Notes: a model not told the origin generated them from the letters alone. A stretch of 64,000 nucleotides of DNA from Octopus vulgaris (GCA_951406725.2 OX597818.1:122884001-122948000), one strand, 5' to 3'. Positions 13,593-27,608 are shown, counted from the stretch's first letter. Numbers and translations are program-made.

Positions 13593-15585
13593 GTTTATGA
13601 AATATTGACAACATTGTGAATTTCTGGTATAAAAATATAGTAAAGAAATTAATTAAAGAAAACAGTCAGATGAAATTATCTCAATACGGGATGCAATTAA
13701 GTGCTACGATATAACGGAAACCTCGTTCGACAGCGGTAAGAGATACAAACAAGGAAGCAGGCACGCTAAAATTTTAGAGATTGTAATTTATGTGGAGGTT
13801 TCCTGGAGTGATTCGGTATAAGGGTTTACATGGCCGCTTTGAATTATAACAATGTGTGATCCAACTCTTCTCCGCAGTTTAGTATATACAATTTTGTATC
13901 GCTGGTGCAAATTTATATCGTTTCTAATATAACGTTTATAAATCCAAAGATCTTTCACGACGTTTTCCATTATTTTAAACGTTTCGGGATTGATTTTAAT
14001 TTTATTGTATATTTATTGGTGTTTAACCTCTTGTCTGGCAGGCGTATCACATATGATAAACATGACATATTTATCTGGCATCCATGCATTTTATATGATA
14101 AAAATTCCACTTTTTCCAAACGCTAGCGTAACTTGGGGCTTAAGAAAAAAAGCTTTATATTATCCAGAATGTATGAAACAAGAATAACAAAACGTAAGAA
14201 AACAAACATGGATGTTTACGACAGGCTTACGAAAATGCTTGGTACAGGCAATTGGTAAAATGGAACACTCTAACATGCTTCATTGTGTTAAAATGGTTGA
14301 AAATTGTTTTTGATTTTTTTCCCAAGTGAAGGTGGCTTATAATGGAACATTCGAACTGAGCATTCGAGTTACTCGTATTAAAGTTTTCGTTCGTGTTTTC
14401 GATTTCGTATCATAGTTAACGTTACTAAAATTGTAGCATTAAATCACACGTCTCGACAAACAGAAAAAAATATAGATAGTAGAATATAATGCAATTCTAT
14501 AAAAACTTTAGTATCTTTTTTCTACAATATATATTTAAATTAAACTAGCCCAAGATTTGTTTTTCCGTCATTGGATTGTAGTTAAAATATATATTCAATA
14601 TACTAAGATACTCCTGTTGTATCAAATGCTACAAACACTTAGCAATATAGTGATTTAAGGAATCAAGATTATCGGGATTTCACGCCGCTAGTATTCTAAT
14701 TTCTATTAAACACATTTTTTCTGTCTTTCACTTGCAAGTTAAAGGTTTAAATCTAATCAAAAGAAATCAATTAATCATGATTGAATGAAGATTAGTGGTT
14801 GTTGTTTTATCGCCGCTGTTGTCGTTGGGCTTTGACCAGCCGTTTCCAAGCACAATTAAGATGAGTGATATCTACAATGGTTACTAGTATTTAGTTACGT
14901 CACATTACATTCCTAGCTCATGGTCCACCGGTATTGATATTTGCATTTCTTCTCTCTAGAATCAATACAATAATAACCAGTAATATACAGGGGTAAAATT
15001 TACACGAATATAACTTGTCTTTATAAAATTGCGCTTTTGTGCCAATTAGACAAATTGGTTTTAGGGCAGTATGATTTCTTCGTCATTTTGTTTTCTAAAT
15101 GCTTCTTTATCCAACTATTTAAACATCGCTAAATCATTCTGAAGTAATTAAACTGAATTTTTAGCGTAGGCTAATATAATCTTTGATTTAGTATTAACTG
15201 AAAATAATTAGAGTTTAAATGCACTTTAGTAAAAGCTATGAAATTTGACTAATATGAAAAAATAAAACAACAGGAATAACAACATAAAATTCAATATTCA
15301 TTCTTCTGGAAGAATTATTCGTCAATTTGAGCGAACAAGGGATCGGCTACGTTTTCGTTCGATTTAATACAATTAACGGTCGCATCTCAGATTTCGTCCC
15401 ACAGTCTTTAATAAGTGATGGTTATTTTAGCTAATGCATTCCTATGGATTTCTGCAAAGACGTGATTACTAAAGGCTCATGCTTGTCGTATATTTGACTA
15501 TAGGTATCACATGATCGAGAATAACCTAAAACTATACAACTACAATAACGTTACCACCAATGCGCAGTGCGTATGTGTGTACGTA

Positions 15586-15850
15586 CGAGTGTGAGCTGAA
15601 AAGTTCGTAGGCTAACTATGAAGGATTGCTGCTAGAATTGCCAAATCTTGCATGCATTAATTTCAACTCCTCTTGCTTATAACTCTATTGATTCTTTCCA
15701 GGTAAACTCACATCTCAATGTCTAAAGGAAACTCCAAATGTAACTGGTAGCGACATCTCTCGTATATGGACAAAATTTAGCATCGTGAAGTTATCAAGTA
15801 CCTGCAGAAAGAAAAGGGTCAGCCCCGAACGGCATTCATGATGACATGCA
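15586..15850 (+). mobile_element. mariner 5' fragment
   Basis: TA|CGAGTGTGAGCTGAAAAGTTC TIR-like start. MDKI*HREVIKYLQK... resembles a mariner HTH N-terminus. Confidence 0.6.
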
Positions 15851-15963
15851 TGATACAGTGGTTCCCAGCCTGGGGTCCACAAATCTAGTACTGGTGGCCC
15901 GTGAACTAGATTAAAAGTTTCACACACACACACACGCACACATACACACACGCACGGACACAG

Positions 15964-16004
<41 letters not shown>

Positions 16005-16005
<1 letters not shown>

Positions 16006-17230
16006 GGAAAAAGGTGAAGGTAGAAAATGTTAAAATAACTTCATAAAAAAACATTTCAGTACCGGTTCCAGTCATTGAGACTTTTTCAACTCTAAGTATG
16101 GAAAACAATAAAATTTTGGAAAAATTTAATGAAAAGATTTTAAATGAATATTTGCATAGTATTCAAATGCAAGGGACATTTTCCTTGCTTCTGCATGTCT
16201 CTGTCTCTCTTGTTTACTCTTGTGGGTTCGAGGTGGTTGTGAATTCTTGGCAGAGGATGAGAAGAAGAAGAAAAAAGAAGAAGAAGAAGAGGAAGAGGAA
16301 GAAGGATGAAAAAGAGGAGGAGAAGAAGAATGTGGGAGTGCCATGATAGTAGTAAGTTGTTAAAGGGTCAAGGATATTAGCAGGGTGTCAAATGGATAGT
16401 AGTAGGATGTTAAATGGCATGAAGGTATAGAGAGACTTAAAGAATTCCAAGCACTTATAAATGAACTTGATGTAAACATTCAATTTACGATGGAATATAG
16501 TCATCAACAACTTCCTTTCCTCGACATCCTCATTAAGAAATCTAACAACTTAATAGAAACAGATGTATACTATAAGCCCACAGACTCCAAGCAATATCTA
16601 CCGTTCAACTCATTCCACCCCAGACACATTAGAATGAATATCCCCCTCAACCTAGCAAAAAGAATATGTACTATAGTTTCTAACGCAAGCACCAGCGACA
16701 CACGACTACATGAACTAAATGATACACACATCACCAGGAACTACCTACCTTCACTAATTGACATACGTTTTCAAAATGCCCTACAACTCAACATCCACGA
16801 ACTCAGACATCCAAAATTAAAAAGGGATTTACCACCAAAAGCTCTACCATACATCTCCACACACAACCCTCTTAACAATGAAGCCTTCGACACCATCCTT
16901 CAAAACATTCCCCTCCTAAAAGAGGACCACAGAATGAACTTAATCCTCCAAACACACTCCATCATATAAAGAAAGGGACAACCCAAATCTATGAAAAGTC
17001 TCCTAACACAAGCCCGAATACGCTCAACAACAACAAAGAAGACGTCAGTAAAAAAATGCAGAAGACCCAACTGCGGGATATGCGTCAATTTAATTGAGGG
17101 ATCAAAGTTCTCCTTCAAATAGGGACAACGTTTCACAGTGAAAAGCAGCTTCACATGTGCTTCGGAGAACCTGATATACGCACTAATCTACTCTGGGTGT
17201 CAAGAGAAATACATAGGCCAAACAAAAACA
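16005..17230 (+). mobile_element. Penelope-like retroelement fragment (RT thumb to GIY-YIG) with inverted 3' segment at its 5' side
   Basis: IQFTMEYSHQQLPFLDILI..DVYYKPTDSKQYL..HP; KCRRPNCGIC; NLIYALIYSGCQEKYIGQT. 16320-16430 is the reverse complement of the 3' region seen at ~29860. HHR motif at 16055-16096 (-). Confidence 0.9.
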
Positions 17231-17284
17231 GATTGCAGTAATCAATAAAGTATCGCATGAATTCCATATTCTATCTCTCTCCCT

Positions 17285-17319
<35 letters not shown>

Positions 17320-17344
17320 GTATGTACGTGTGCAGACTTGTATG

Positions 17345-17793
17345 TTTTGTTTTATGCATGTATTCTCATGCATATAGTTGCATATCGAGACATGCTCAGA
17401 TATATTTAAATGATAAACTTCTAGAGAGTTTTACAGATTTTTACAGTTCCAGTGATAGATTTGATCTATTGGCTTCGAATTAGCTTTCTCCTTCCTGGTT
17501 TTGGGAAGCCTAATTTCTCAAGATTAATATTTCGGCAGCGTGATGTATATCCCAGGGTCCAATACTTACAGGTATAATTCTGAACTCGTTATCTGGATTA
17601 AGTAACTGCATATTACTCAATAGTTCGGTGTAGGTATTCTCAGTATTCTCTTTTTCATTGATCTTCGGCGTTATGTTAACATCCGCTAGGCAGCTAATTT
17701 CCACAACTGTACAGTTTCTCATCTCTATCCCAAAGCATTATATCGAGTCTGATGTGCTTAAATTTTACTTAGGTTTTCACTGGACATTCCACT
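17345..17793 (-). mobile_element. 3' fragment of an RLE-encoding non-LTR retrotransposon (R4-like) in (ATGT)n
   Basis: CTVVEISCLADVNI..KINEKEN..Y..L...IPV.IG resembles a PD-(D/E)xK endonuclease. Second copy at 26848-27272. Confidence 0.75.
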
Positions 17794-18548
17794 ATGTACG
17801 TACGTACGTATGTATGTATATATGTATGTATGTATGTATCTAAGTATGTATGTATGTATGTATGTATGTATGTATCTAAGTATGTATGTATGTATGTATG
17901 CATGTAGGTATGTATGTATGTATATCAGTATCGGTTTGGCTGCTTCAGGTCAACCATCATACAAATATATTGTTAAAAGCATTTTAGTAGTTACCAAATG
18001 GTCATTTTGTTTTCAGCTATAGTCTGCTAAGTATTTTATTATTTAATGTATCATTTCTCCACTCAATATAAAGTAGATCTGGGTGCTAATTATGTTGATT
18101 GAGAAACCTAGTAAATGCTTAATCCTTAAGAACATAAAATATATATATGTACAGTCTATAGGCAATGAAATAATGTGATTATCAAATATTTTAAATGCAA
18201 CAATACTACAGGTAATATGATTAGGAATTATAAAATGCCAGTAAAAAATACAAAAATGTTGATAAAATCTTAAGAATTGAAACGTAACTGCATCTAGACC
18301 AAATGTACCAATACAAGCATACAAACACACACACATACATACAAACACTCACACACATAGATACACACGCACACACACATACACAATATACACACATAAA
18401 TACATATACCTGTAAATATGGAATGAAAGGTAGCAGAACGGAATAGCACATACGTACGCATATGTAATTATATAGGACCCTTCATATGCATGTCAATCGA
18501 TAATACTTAGTAATTTGTACACACACAGATAACACAGATATACAAAAG

Positions 18549-18588
<40 letters not shown>

Positions 18589-18604
18589 GGTGTATACACA
18601 CATA

Positions 18605-18785
18605 AATGACCATGGGATTGCACCTAGAAAGTTACCCTCAGAGGCACAAGTCTGGGCAAGGTTGTTTATGGAAGACCAGCAATCGCCCATGCATACCAGC
18701 TGTCCCCTCTCCACGCCACCGATGTTATCCAAGGGAAAGGCAAAGGCCGTCACAACTTGGCACCAGTGACGTCGCAACTCATTTA
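18605..18785 (+). mobile_element. Probable RTE-type LINE 5' UTR fragment
   Basis: GGAAGACCAGCA..GCCCATGC..GGGAAAGGC...TTGGCACCAGTGACGTCGCA resembles RTE/BovB-type 5' sequence (from memory, unverified). Confidence 0.4.
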
Positions 18786-18789
18786 TTAA

Positions 18790-19044
18790 GGTGCAAGTAC
18801 GAGCATCTCACAGACACGTGTACCCTGAGTGTGACAAGGCTGGCCCTTAAAAATACAAATACAACAGAAACAGGAAGAGAGAGTAAGAGAAAGTTATGGT
18901 GAAAGAGTACCACCCCTTCTGCCGGAGCATCGTGGAGCTTTAGGTGTTTTCGCTCAATAAACACTCACAATGCCCGGTCTGGGAATCGAGACTGCGATCC
19001 TACGACGGCGAGTCCACTGCACTAACCACTGGGCCATTGCGTCT

Positions 19045-19046
<2 letters not shown>
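18790..19046 (-). mobile_element. tRNA-derived SINE, same family as 47345-47730
   Basis: Reverse complement of the GGAG.CGCAATGGCCCAGTGGTTAG...CAGACCGGGC head and body. Confidence 0.85.
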
Positions 19047-19138
<92 letters not shown>

Positions 19139-19227
19139 ATATATATGAATATATATACATATATACATATACATATATATATATACATACATATATATAT
19201 ATATATATATGTGTGTATATATATGTG

Positions 19228-19280
<53 letters not shown>

Positions 19281-19409
19281 GTATGTATAGATAGATAGAT
19301 AAATACAGAGGCAGATGGATGTGTGTATGTATATATATATGTATATGTATATATGTATATATATTCATATATATATACATACATATATATATATATATAT
19401 ATACACACA

Positions 19410-19448
<39 letters not shown>

Positions 19449-19636
19449 TTATTTATTTATTGAGATAGGCGTTTATTTATACATATACTTTATTTGTGCT
19501 TATGCTGAAGTGCTTTGCAATTACTCCTTATAGGAATCTTGGAAGTTGTACGCCTTATTCATGAAGCCAGCTTTTACGATTACAAAACTCTCTCTCTCTC
19601 TGTCTATCTCCCTCTCTCCTTTACACATATAACAAG

Positions 19637-19855
19637 GAACAGTTACAATACTTTAAATTACTTAAGTCAAAACGCGATAGAAAAACTTTAGTGGACAATA
19701 CATCGGTACTTGAGAATTCTACAAGGAAAATAAACTCAATGATGAAAGCAATGGATATTAATAACGAAGTAAAATGCGAAGATATAGACACTGACAACAA
19801 ACAAATATTACAAATAACATCCAACGACGACACACTTAACGGTTTGAATGTCTAA
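19637..19855 (+). CDS. Candidate terminal coding exon of an unknown host gene
   Basis: A pyrimidine tract and AG precede a non-repetitive 72-codon open frame EQLQYFKLLKSKRDRKTLVDN...DDTLNGLNV*. No homology recognised. Confidence 0.3.
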   Translation, partial: EQLQYFKLLKSKRDRKTLVDNTSVLENSTRKINSMMKAMDINNEVKCEDIDTDNKQILQITSNDDTLNGLNV

Positions 19856-20254
19856 CTCGATCACTTTGCTTTTACTTTCTATAAATTGGTAGCGAAGCAA
19901 ACCCACAATCATTCATTCCAAGAATTAGACTATAGCCATGTAAAAATGTTACTTATAAAGTCAGAAATTTTACTGCCAACCCTACCACCGCAAATATATA
20001 ACTTTCATACGCACATTTGAAAATGTTAAAAGAAGATGGTAAAACTCAAACTAGAAGGCAGTCATATTATCAATAAGATATTTCTGGAAGAAATGTCCTT
20101 CCCATATATACAAATGTGATACGCGTGTGTGTATATATGTATTAATATTAGCGTGTGTACATCTATTCGAAACTATCATGCATTCATATACATATATACG
20201 TACGTACATACACATACATACACACTCATACACACACATATATATGTGTGTGTG

Positions 20255-20336
<82 letters not shown>

Positions 20337-20463
20337 TGTACGTATATACACTTACATACAACATACATATCTATGGATTTATGTATTATACACACACACA
20401 TATATATATATGTATATATATAACAGAAATTGATATATATATAAATGCATGTATGTATATATA

Positions 20464-20503
<40 letters not shown>

Positions 20504-21834
20504 ATATATACATATATATATATATATATACATACATATATATATATATATACTTACACCCAGACACACACACACAGACACACACACACACACACAGACA
20601 CACACACACACATATAATATGTGTGTATTTATGTTTGCATATATATATATATATATGTATGAGCAAGTATATGTGACATGTTACTGGAAATGCTGCTTAT
20701 ACAACAAGTATCATGATTACATGTAACGTGGAAATATATACTTGTTTTGAGACTGAAAAGAATGTTAATCATCTGTCGGAAATGATAAGTAAACATCAAT
20801 ATATCTTGATGAACGATCGATACCCTTGAAATACCATTGATTTACATGAGAACAATATCTTTTCATATTCTTTTAATATGGAGTTGCACAGAAAAGAAGT
20901 ATGCCATAAGATCTTAGTTTCTGAATCATAATAATGTTATTGGATTCTTTTCATTTGGGATTTAAATGTATATATTTATGGGAGAGAGAAATCAAAAGTT
21001 GTGTCTTTCATGCCTTTGTCAAAGAAATTAGTAACATAAATGAAGAGAAGTGTTTTCAACTGCGTGAATAAGACTTTAATATTTGACACAAAACCAATAA
21101 TTTATTTATAGGAGAAGCGACGTACCAGACTGCAAAGTTAATATTCATTAATATCAATATTGGCTGGTTTGGAAGTCATGCTAAAAATATAGACAGAAGA
21201 AAGTTAACTTTTTTGATGTTCTTTAGTCCCAGGGCTGCACTTTTGTAGGAAAAGATCTATGATCAAAGACAATCCAGTCGTGACTATTTTAGCTTTCATT
21301 CATATTTAGTCCTTCGGTCAAAGTTGAACTTACAGCGGCACATATATGTGTAAACCTGAAAAAGATTTTTTTTCATAATAACAGGCAGTTGCTTTTGCAT
21401 ACATGTTATATCTACCGCAAAGACCACCACCAATTTTCTGATGCTTCTTCGCACCAGTTTTGGCGCAGACGTTGCTGTCTACAAGCGTAAAGAAGCGAAA
21501 AAAACACCGAAATACAGTAAGGCGTCTGACTTGAAGCTGTAAGGCGTCTGACTTGAAGCTCTTGTACTCGACAAATCTACCTCCTAGGAGTGGTAATCAC
21601 ATACATTAAGACAGAGTTGTAAATACTCACACACACGCAGAAAGACAGACACACACACACGCACACACACACACATGTATATATATATTGTATATAACCT
21701 AAACTACGGTTTACTCATCGAACTACCTGCAACCATAGAACTTTACAAAGGGCTGTACCTACTCAGGTAATCACCAGCAGCGCCTTTGGACTTAATTACC
21801 CCTTAGAAGCTTTACACTCCTGTAACTGATACCT

Positions 21835-21935
<101 letters not shown>

Positions 21936-22324
21936 TATGGCAAGTCAAATAGGAGGCGGGGAAAAAAACAACAGAAGTCAACTAGACATGCACAGTAAAT
22001 ATATTATAAGATATTTGGGTTGGATTGAATTGCCTCAGCTTGGCCCACTGCAGGACAAATGCCTCAAGCATGTACACTCCACCCAGAGATCACACTAGTA
22101 TGATGATCTTATTCTGCTTCATAGGGTCGACAGAAAGGTCCAGTTTCCATACCCATCGAATCCATTTAAGTGATTCTAGGATTATATTATCCAGTGTGTC
22201 ACCCCTTGGTTAAGAAAAAGAGGTTGGATTTGAAGGTTTGGCTCTTATTTATAGCAGCTCACATGGAGAAACAGAAGCTCCGTCACTTGCCTCAAATATT
22301 CGGAGTTCTCTCTTTTTCTCTTTC

Positions 22325-22445
22325 TCTTTCTCTTTTACTTGTTTCAGTCATTTGACTGCGGCCATGCTGGAGCACCGCCTTTAATCGAGCAACTCGACCC
22401 GGGTACTTATTCTTTTGTAAGCCCAGTACTTATTCTATCGATTCA
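22325..22445 (-). mobile_element. SINE 3' part; relatives at 7770-7806, 43965-44140, 44420-44550, 51550-51690
   Basis: TCTTTTACTTGTTTCAGTCATTTGACTGCGGCCATGCTGGAGCACCGCC recurs. Confidence 0.8.
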
Positions 22446-22527
22446 CTGAGTGAATCTATATAAATGCTTCTCTGAGTCTCTGTCACGTTTCTTTTTCTAA
22501 GTATGGCTATATCTATGTTATATATCA

Positions 22528-23212
22528 CTAGCGGGATCTGTGGAAATTCTACAAATTGTAAAAAGATTAAAAGAAGCTATTTAAGAATGAAATGATTTGA
22601 ATTTATGTTTTTATCTTGTTAAGTTATATCACTTCCAGTCACAATAATATATTATGGCTTTAAACTTTCCCTCTACTAAGCACTTTATATTTCTCTCTTT
22701 CTGTCTACTTCTTCAACAAACTTTTTAACCATTTAATTCCCTCTTCATGTCTTTAACATTTCTCTCTTTCTCTTTCACCCTCACTTCAACTAACCACATA
22801 ATTGAGAGCATCGGCTGGCTATAATGCTCTATCACTCTCACATTTCCTCTTCCTCTCTCTCACTCCATCACCACATCCTCTATAATACGCTAAAGCGTCA
22901 AGTGTGAACGAACAGGTAGAAGAATATTATAGATTTAGTTCAATAATAATTCATTTCACTGTCAACACACCACCACCACTACCACCACCTTGTCATTTCC
23001 ATCCATTTTCTCGCTCTTCGCCTCTCCCTTCAACTCGTCACGTGACGCATTTTGCATCATTATACATCTTTCTCTACCTCTTCCTCTCTGCCTTCTTCTC
23101 TACTCAGACCTCCCACTCTCTCACTTTCATTCCAACTCTCACTCACTCCACCTCCAACTCTCTAAATAACTAAAGTATAACGGGCGAACGAACAAGCTGA
23201 TTATTATATAGA
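22528..23212 (-). mobile_element. Possible decayed Helitron remnants (two 5' ends, one CTAG end)
   Basis: Duplicated CTAAAG..GAACGAACA..TATAGAT ends (~22890-22933, ~23170-23212) read A|TCTATA on minus. ACTAG at 22528. Confidence 0.3.
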
Positions 23213-23766
23213 TTTTATTTAACAAACAGTTATTGGCTGTCCCACAAATCCTTAATGCTGGTGACCTCACTTAACGTTGGCCATGCGCTCTGCCAATATT
23301 GATACTCTGCTTTTGGTCACATGTAGGAAAGTGCCTTACGCAAAAAGCATTACACGCTTTCTGAGATCTCGATCATAGAATTGAAATCGAAACCTCGACT
23401 GGGATACGCAGCTTTACATATATATATATACATTATTTATACATAGAGTACTATCATAGAAGACAAAGTCAATTAATGCTTTGATATATGAAAATTTAGT
23501 TATGTTGGTTTCAGCCTTTGTAACTAAGACTATGATGGGAATATCATATTTTCATTAAAAAAATAAAAAGCTTTGTACACAGTAAATCAGGTTTTAATTA
23601 TATTTAAATATATCGAATTAAAATAGATCAGAGTCTGGGGAATCAAATATACAAGACCACTTAGTTGCATTGGAATGTAACAAAAAGTAACTTAAAAACC
23701 TCTCTGATCCTAAATCTAGATTTTAGTTTCGTTAATTTTACATTTCTCGCTCTTCTTCTTCTTCTT

Positions 23767-23859
<93 letters not shown>

Positions 23860-24412
23860 GAGTGAGAGAGCAGTTCATGCCATCAAAGTGACACTGGGGT
23901 AAAATATACGAAGCCCAATATACCCATCATGACTACCCGTCTGATAAAGGTACACCAGGCACATGCATCACAACCATATGTGCGCGACATGGTGATCTCA
24001 TATCAAGATAAACAGCACATGACCTTGCCGGTGGGGCCCAGTTTGAATTTTCTTCAGGTTGAGTAGCCCATCCCGCTCAAATGGTCCCCGAATAAGGGTT
24101 GTTTAAGGATGTTGAAAGAACCACCCATGTTTCCAGAGGTGAACTATTCAAACCCCAAAGCATCCCTCTCAACACATGGCTATGATGCTCCCCCACTACT
24201 TCTGCTCGTGATCAGAGATGCACATATCGTCAGCCACTAAGGGACATGCTCAACTGGTTAAGGTCAAACAACTGACAAGCAAATCTGTGGTATTGAGCAG
24301 AATATTTGCTGTAGCCCATCTTTTATACCAAGACAAAACAATGTACATGATAACACTTCCAATCAGTTAAGATCAGAAGCCATGAGAGCCACTGCCTGGT
24401 ACTGCATCAGGG

Positions 24413-24413
<1 letters not shown>
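23860..24413. repeat. ~550 bp non-coding insert between (ATT)n tracts, family unassigned
   Basis: Higher-GC block with sharp boundaries against (TTA)n on both sides. Confidence 0.55.
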
Positions 24414-24457
<44 letters not shown>

Positions 24458-24485
24458 GATCATCATCATCATCATTATCATTATT

Positions 24486-24516
<31 letters not shown>

Positions 24517-24715
24517 ATATGTGATAAAAACTCACAGCTTTTTTGCTGGGTATGAGAGTAAGTGTCAACTGTCCTCCGCCAGCAGACTCAGATGACACTT
24601 ATTTACTGGTCATATTTGAAGAAGCTTGCGAAGAATTCATACTGATTTTTGTAGATGTTCTACCTTCACACTTACGCCAATCATTTTTAGCTATGTTGGT
24701 AATTAAGTGCTGATA

Positions 24716-25425
24716 TTAGGTTGCCAAGAAAGTTCTTGCGGAATTTTAAATTTTGGTTTTAAATGATGTATTTTAAAGTTAATTTTCGATAAATTCCTTT
24801 GAATTTTTATATCATTTTAAAGCCCATTGTTTTCGCTCTATCTAACTGTGTTACTCTTTTTCTTTTTAAATAATTAGGCCTTTTTGGTCTGGAACGTTGA
24901 ATACAACATGGACAAAAAGCAAATTCACACAATTTTCTTATTCCAGTTCAAGCTAGGCCGAAAAGCTGCTGAAACAGCCCGCGATATCAACGATGCATTT
25001 GGCCGAGGAACCACTAATGAACGTACAGAACAATGGTGGTTCCAGAAACTTCTTAGCGGTGGCGAGAGTCTTGAAGATGATAAGCGTAATGGTCGGCAAC
25101 TGGATATTGCTTCTGATTTAGACGTAACGTATACGACAATAGTGAACCACCTGAAAGCGACTGGTAAAACAAAAAGATTTGAGAAACGAGTGCCGCACGA
25201 ACTGAACGATAACCGAAAAAAATAAAAGCACTATTTCGAAGTGCCGTCTTCCCTTCTTGTATGCAACAAGAACGACCCGTTATTTGACCGGATTGTGATT
25301 TGCGATGAAAAGTGGATTCTTTACAACAAACGGCGACGCTCAGCTCAGTGGTTGGACGCCGACGAAGATCTACGTCACGTCTCGAAGCCAAAGTTGCACC
25401 AAAAGAAGGTCATGGTGAATGTTAT
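24716..25425 (+). mobile_element. mariner transposon, 3'-truncated pseudogene
   Basis: TA|TTAGGTTG TIR. MDKKQIHTIFLFQFKLGRKAAETARDIN..RVPHEL..IVICDEKWILY..KPKLHQKKVMV, with stop and frameshift. Confidence 0.9.
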
Positions 25426-25487
25426 TTATATACATACTTGTATAAACTAATACACAAAAATATACATGAATGCAGTTATATATATGA

Positions 25488-25652
25488 ATGTGTGTTTTTT
25501 TCTCTCCTTGTATTTTCTGTGTACCTTTCTGTAGAAGAGCGTAGGCTCGAAACGTAAAAGATTCTTTCTATTCCTGAGCGTTATACTAATACACCTGTTT
25601 GTTTTGTATACCACCTGTCTTCGTCTTTTGTTTTTTTTTTGTAAACTTTCCC
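25488..25652 (+). mobile_element. Short repeat carrying a variant HHR (25525-25560); copies at 42411-42534 (+, deleted) and 49789-49990 (-)
   Basis: CUUU CUGUAGAA GAGC guag GCUC GAAA CG UA AAAG. Three alignable copies. Confidence 0.7.
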
Positions 25653-25657
25653 TATAT

Positions 25658-25723
<66 letters not shown>

Positions 25724-25860
25724 GTATATTGGCAGGGCTTGACTGGTAGGAATATATTAGAATTTTCCCTGACCTCATAGATTTTTTGTATGCTAGACTA
25801 CTGGTTTTAAATTGATATTAAAATTAATACTAATTTATCTCCCTCATTATTTAAATATTG

Positions 25861-25898
<38 letters not shown>

Positions 25899-25914
25899 AA
25901 AGTGTACGTGTGTA

Positions 25915-25961
<47 letters not shown>

Positions 25962-26187
25962 ACATGTATGTATATATATATATATACATATATGTATATA
26001 TATACATACATGTATACATATATACATACACATATACATATATATATATATACATAAATATACATATATATATATATATATACATGTATCAATATACATA
26101 TATATGCAGATATATACATATACTTATATGTATACTTATATACATTAATATATATATATATACATATATAAATGTATATATACGTAC

Positions 26188-26228
<41 letters not shown>

Positions 26229-26751
26229 CATGTATATAACTGCATTCATGTATATTTGTGTGTATTAGTTTATACACGTACGTACATAAATAATATTCAT
26301 GTATTTAAATAATCATGAGGATGTTAAAACATATCAATTTCTATATTTGTATATATTTATGAGATCCTCAGCATGAGTGTGTTTCACTGTTTCTGTGCCT
26401 ATGTGTGTTTGTGTGTGTGTGTGTTTGTGCTTATTTCCGTATATACATTCTTACTTACATAATCTTATTTTGGGCTTATGCATTTTATTTTTGTGTAGAA
26501 TTATATGCATGAATTTATAATCACGCTATTACATATCTATCCGTATTCAAAATTATACATATTCGTTATTGGTAAGAATATCTTTGATTCCCCATGAATA
26601 TTTACGAGTAGAACATAGAAAATATAGTTGTTAAAATTAAGAATTTATAGTTATGACAATTTTTGATATGCGTACACCCACAACACAAATATATACGTTA
26701 TGCACAACGCACGTATGTATATATACACACATATGTATGTATGTATGTATG

Positions 26752-26785
<34 letters not shown>

Positions 26786-26847
26786 TGTATGTATGTATGT
26801 ATGTATGTATGTATGTATGTATGTATACATGTATGTATGTATGTATG

Positions 26848-27272
26848 TTTTATTTTATGAATATATTCTCATGCATATAGTTGCATAATCAGAAATGCTC
26901 ATATATATTTAAATGATAAACTTCTGGAAAGGTTTAAAGATTTTTACAGTTCCTCTGATGGATCGGATCTGTAGTCATCGAATCGGCTTTCTACTTTCCC
27001 GTTTTGAGAAGCCTAATTTCTCAGGATTAATGTTTGGGCAGCGTGTTACACATCCCAGGACCCCCAAAATTACAGGTATAAACCCGAATTTGTAATCTAG
27101 ATCGAGTAACTGCACATTTCTCAATAATTCAGTGTAGGTATCCTCATTTTCGCTGATATTCAGCTTTATATTAATATCACTAGGAAGTTAAATTCCACAC
27201 TTTCTCTTCTCTATCCCAAATCATTATATCAGCTCTGTTGTGCTTACATTTTATTTAGGTTTTCACTGGGGT
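26848..27272 (-). mobile_element. Second RLE non-LTR 3' fragment in (ATGT)n
   Basis: Aligns with 17345-17793; KHNRADIMIWDRE..VEFNF..DINIK. Confidence 0.75.
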
Positions 27273-27396
27273 CTGTATGTATGAATCTATATATGTATGT
27301 ATGCATGTATGCATGCAAATATAAATGTTTGTTTGCAGGTATATATACATATGTACATGTATATATACATACATACTTATGTATTTACGTATATAA

Positions 27397-27432
<36 letters not shown>

Positions 27433-27608
27433 AACAAGCTGCCAGACGAGATGGTGAAGATGCCGACGACCGCTTTGTTCAAAGCCTCCCTGGACCTCAA
27501 GTGGCCTGAACTCTTTACATGAACACCACCCTGTACTTAACTCCATGTCCCCCTACATGGCCTTGCTATTTGCTTTTGAGCCAAATTAACTAACTAACTA
27601 ACTAACTA

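Noticed and set aside
13788-14280. Coding-like stretch on minus strand
   Set aside because: In-frame stops and no recognisable family.
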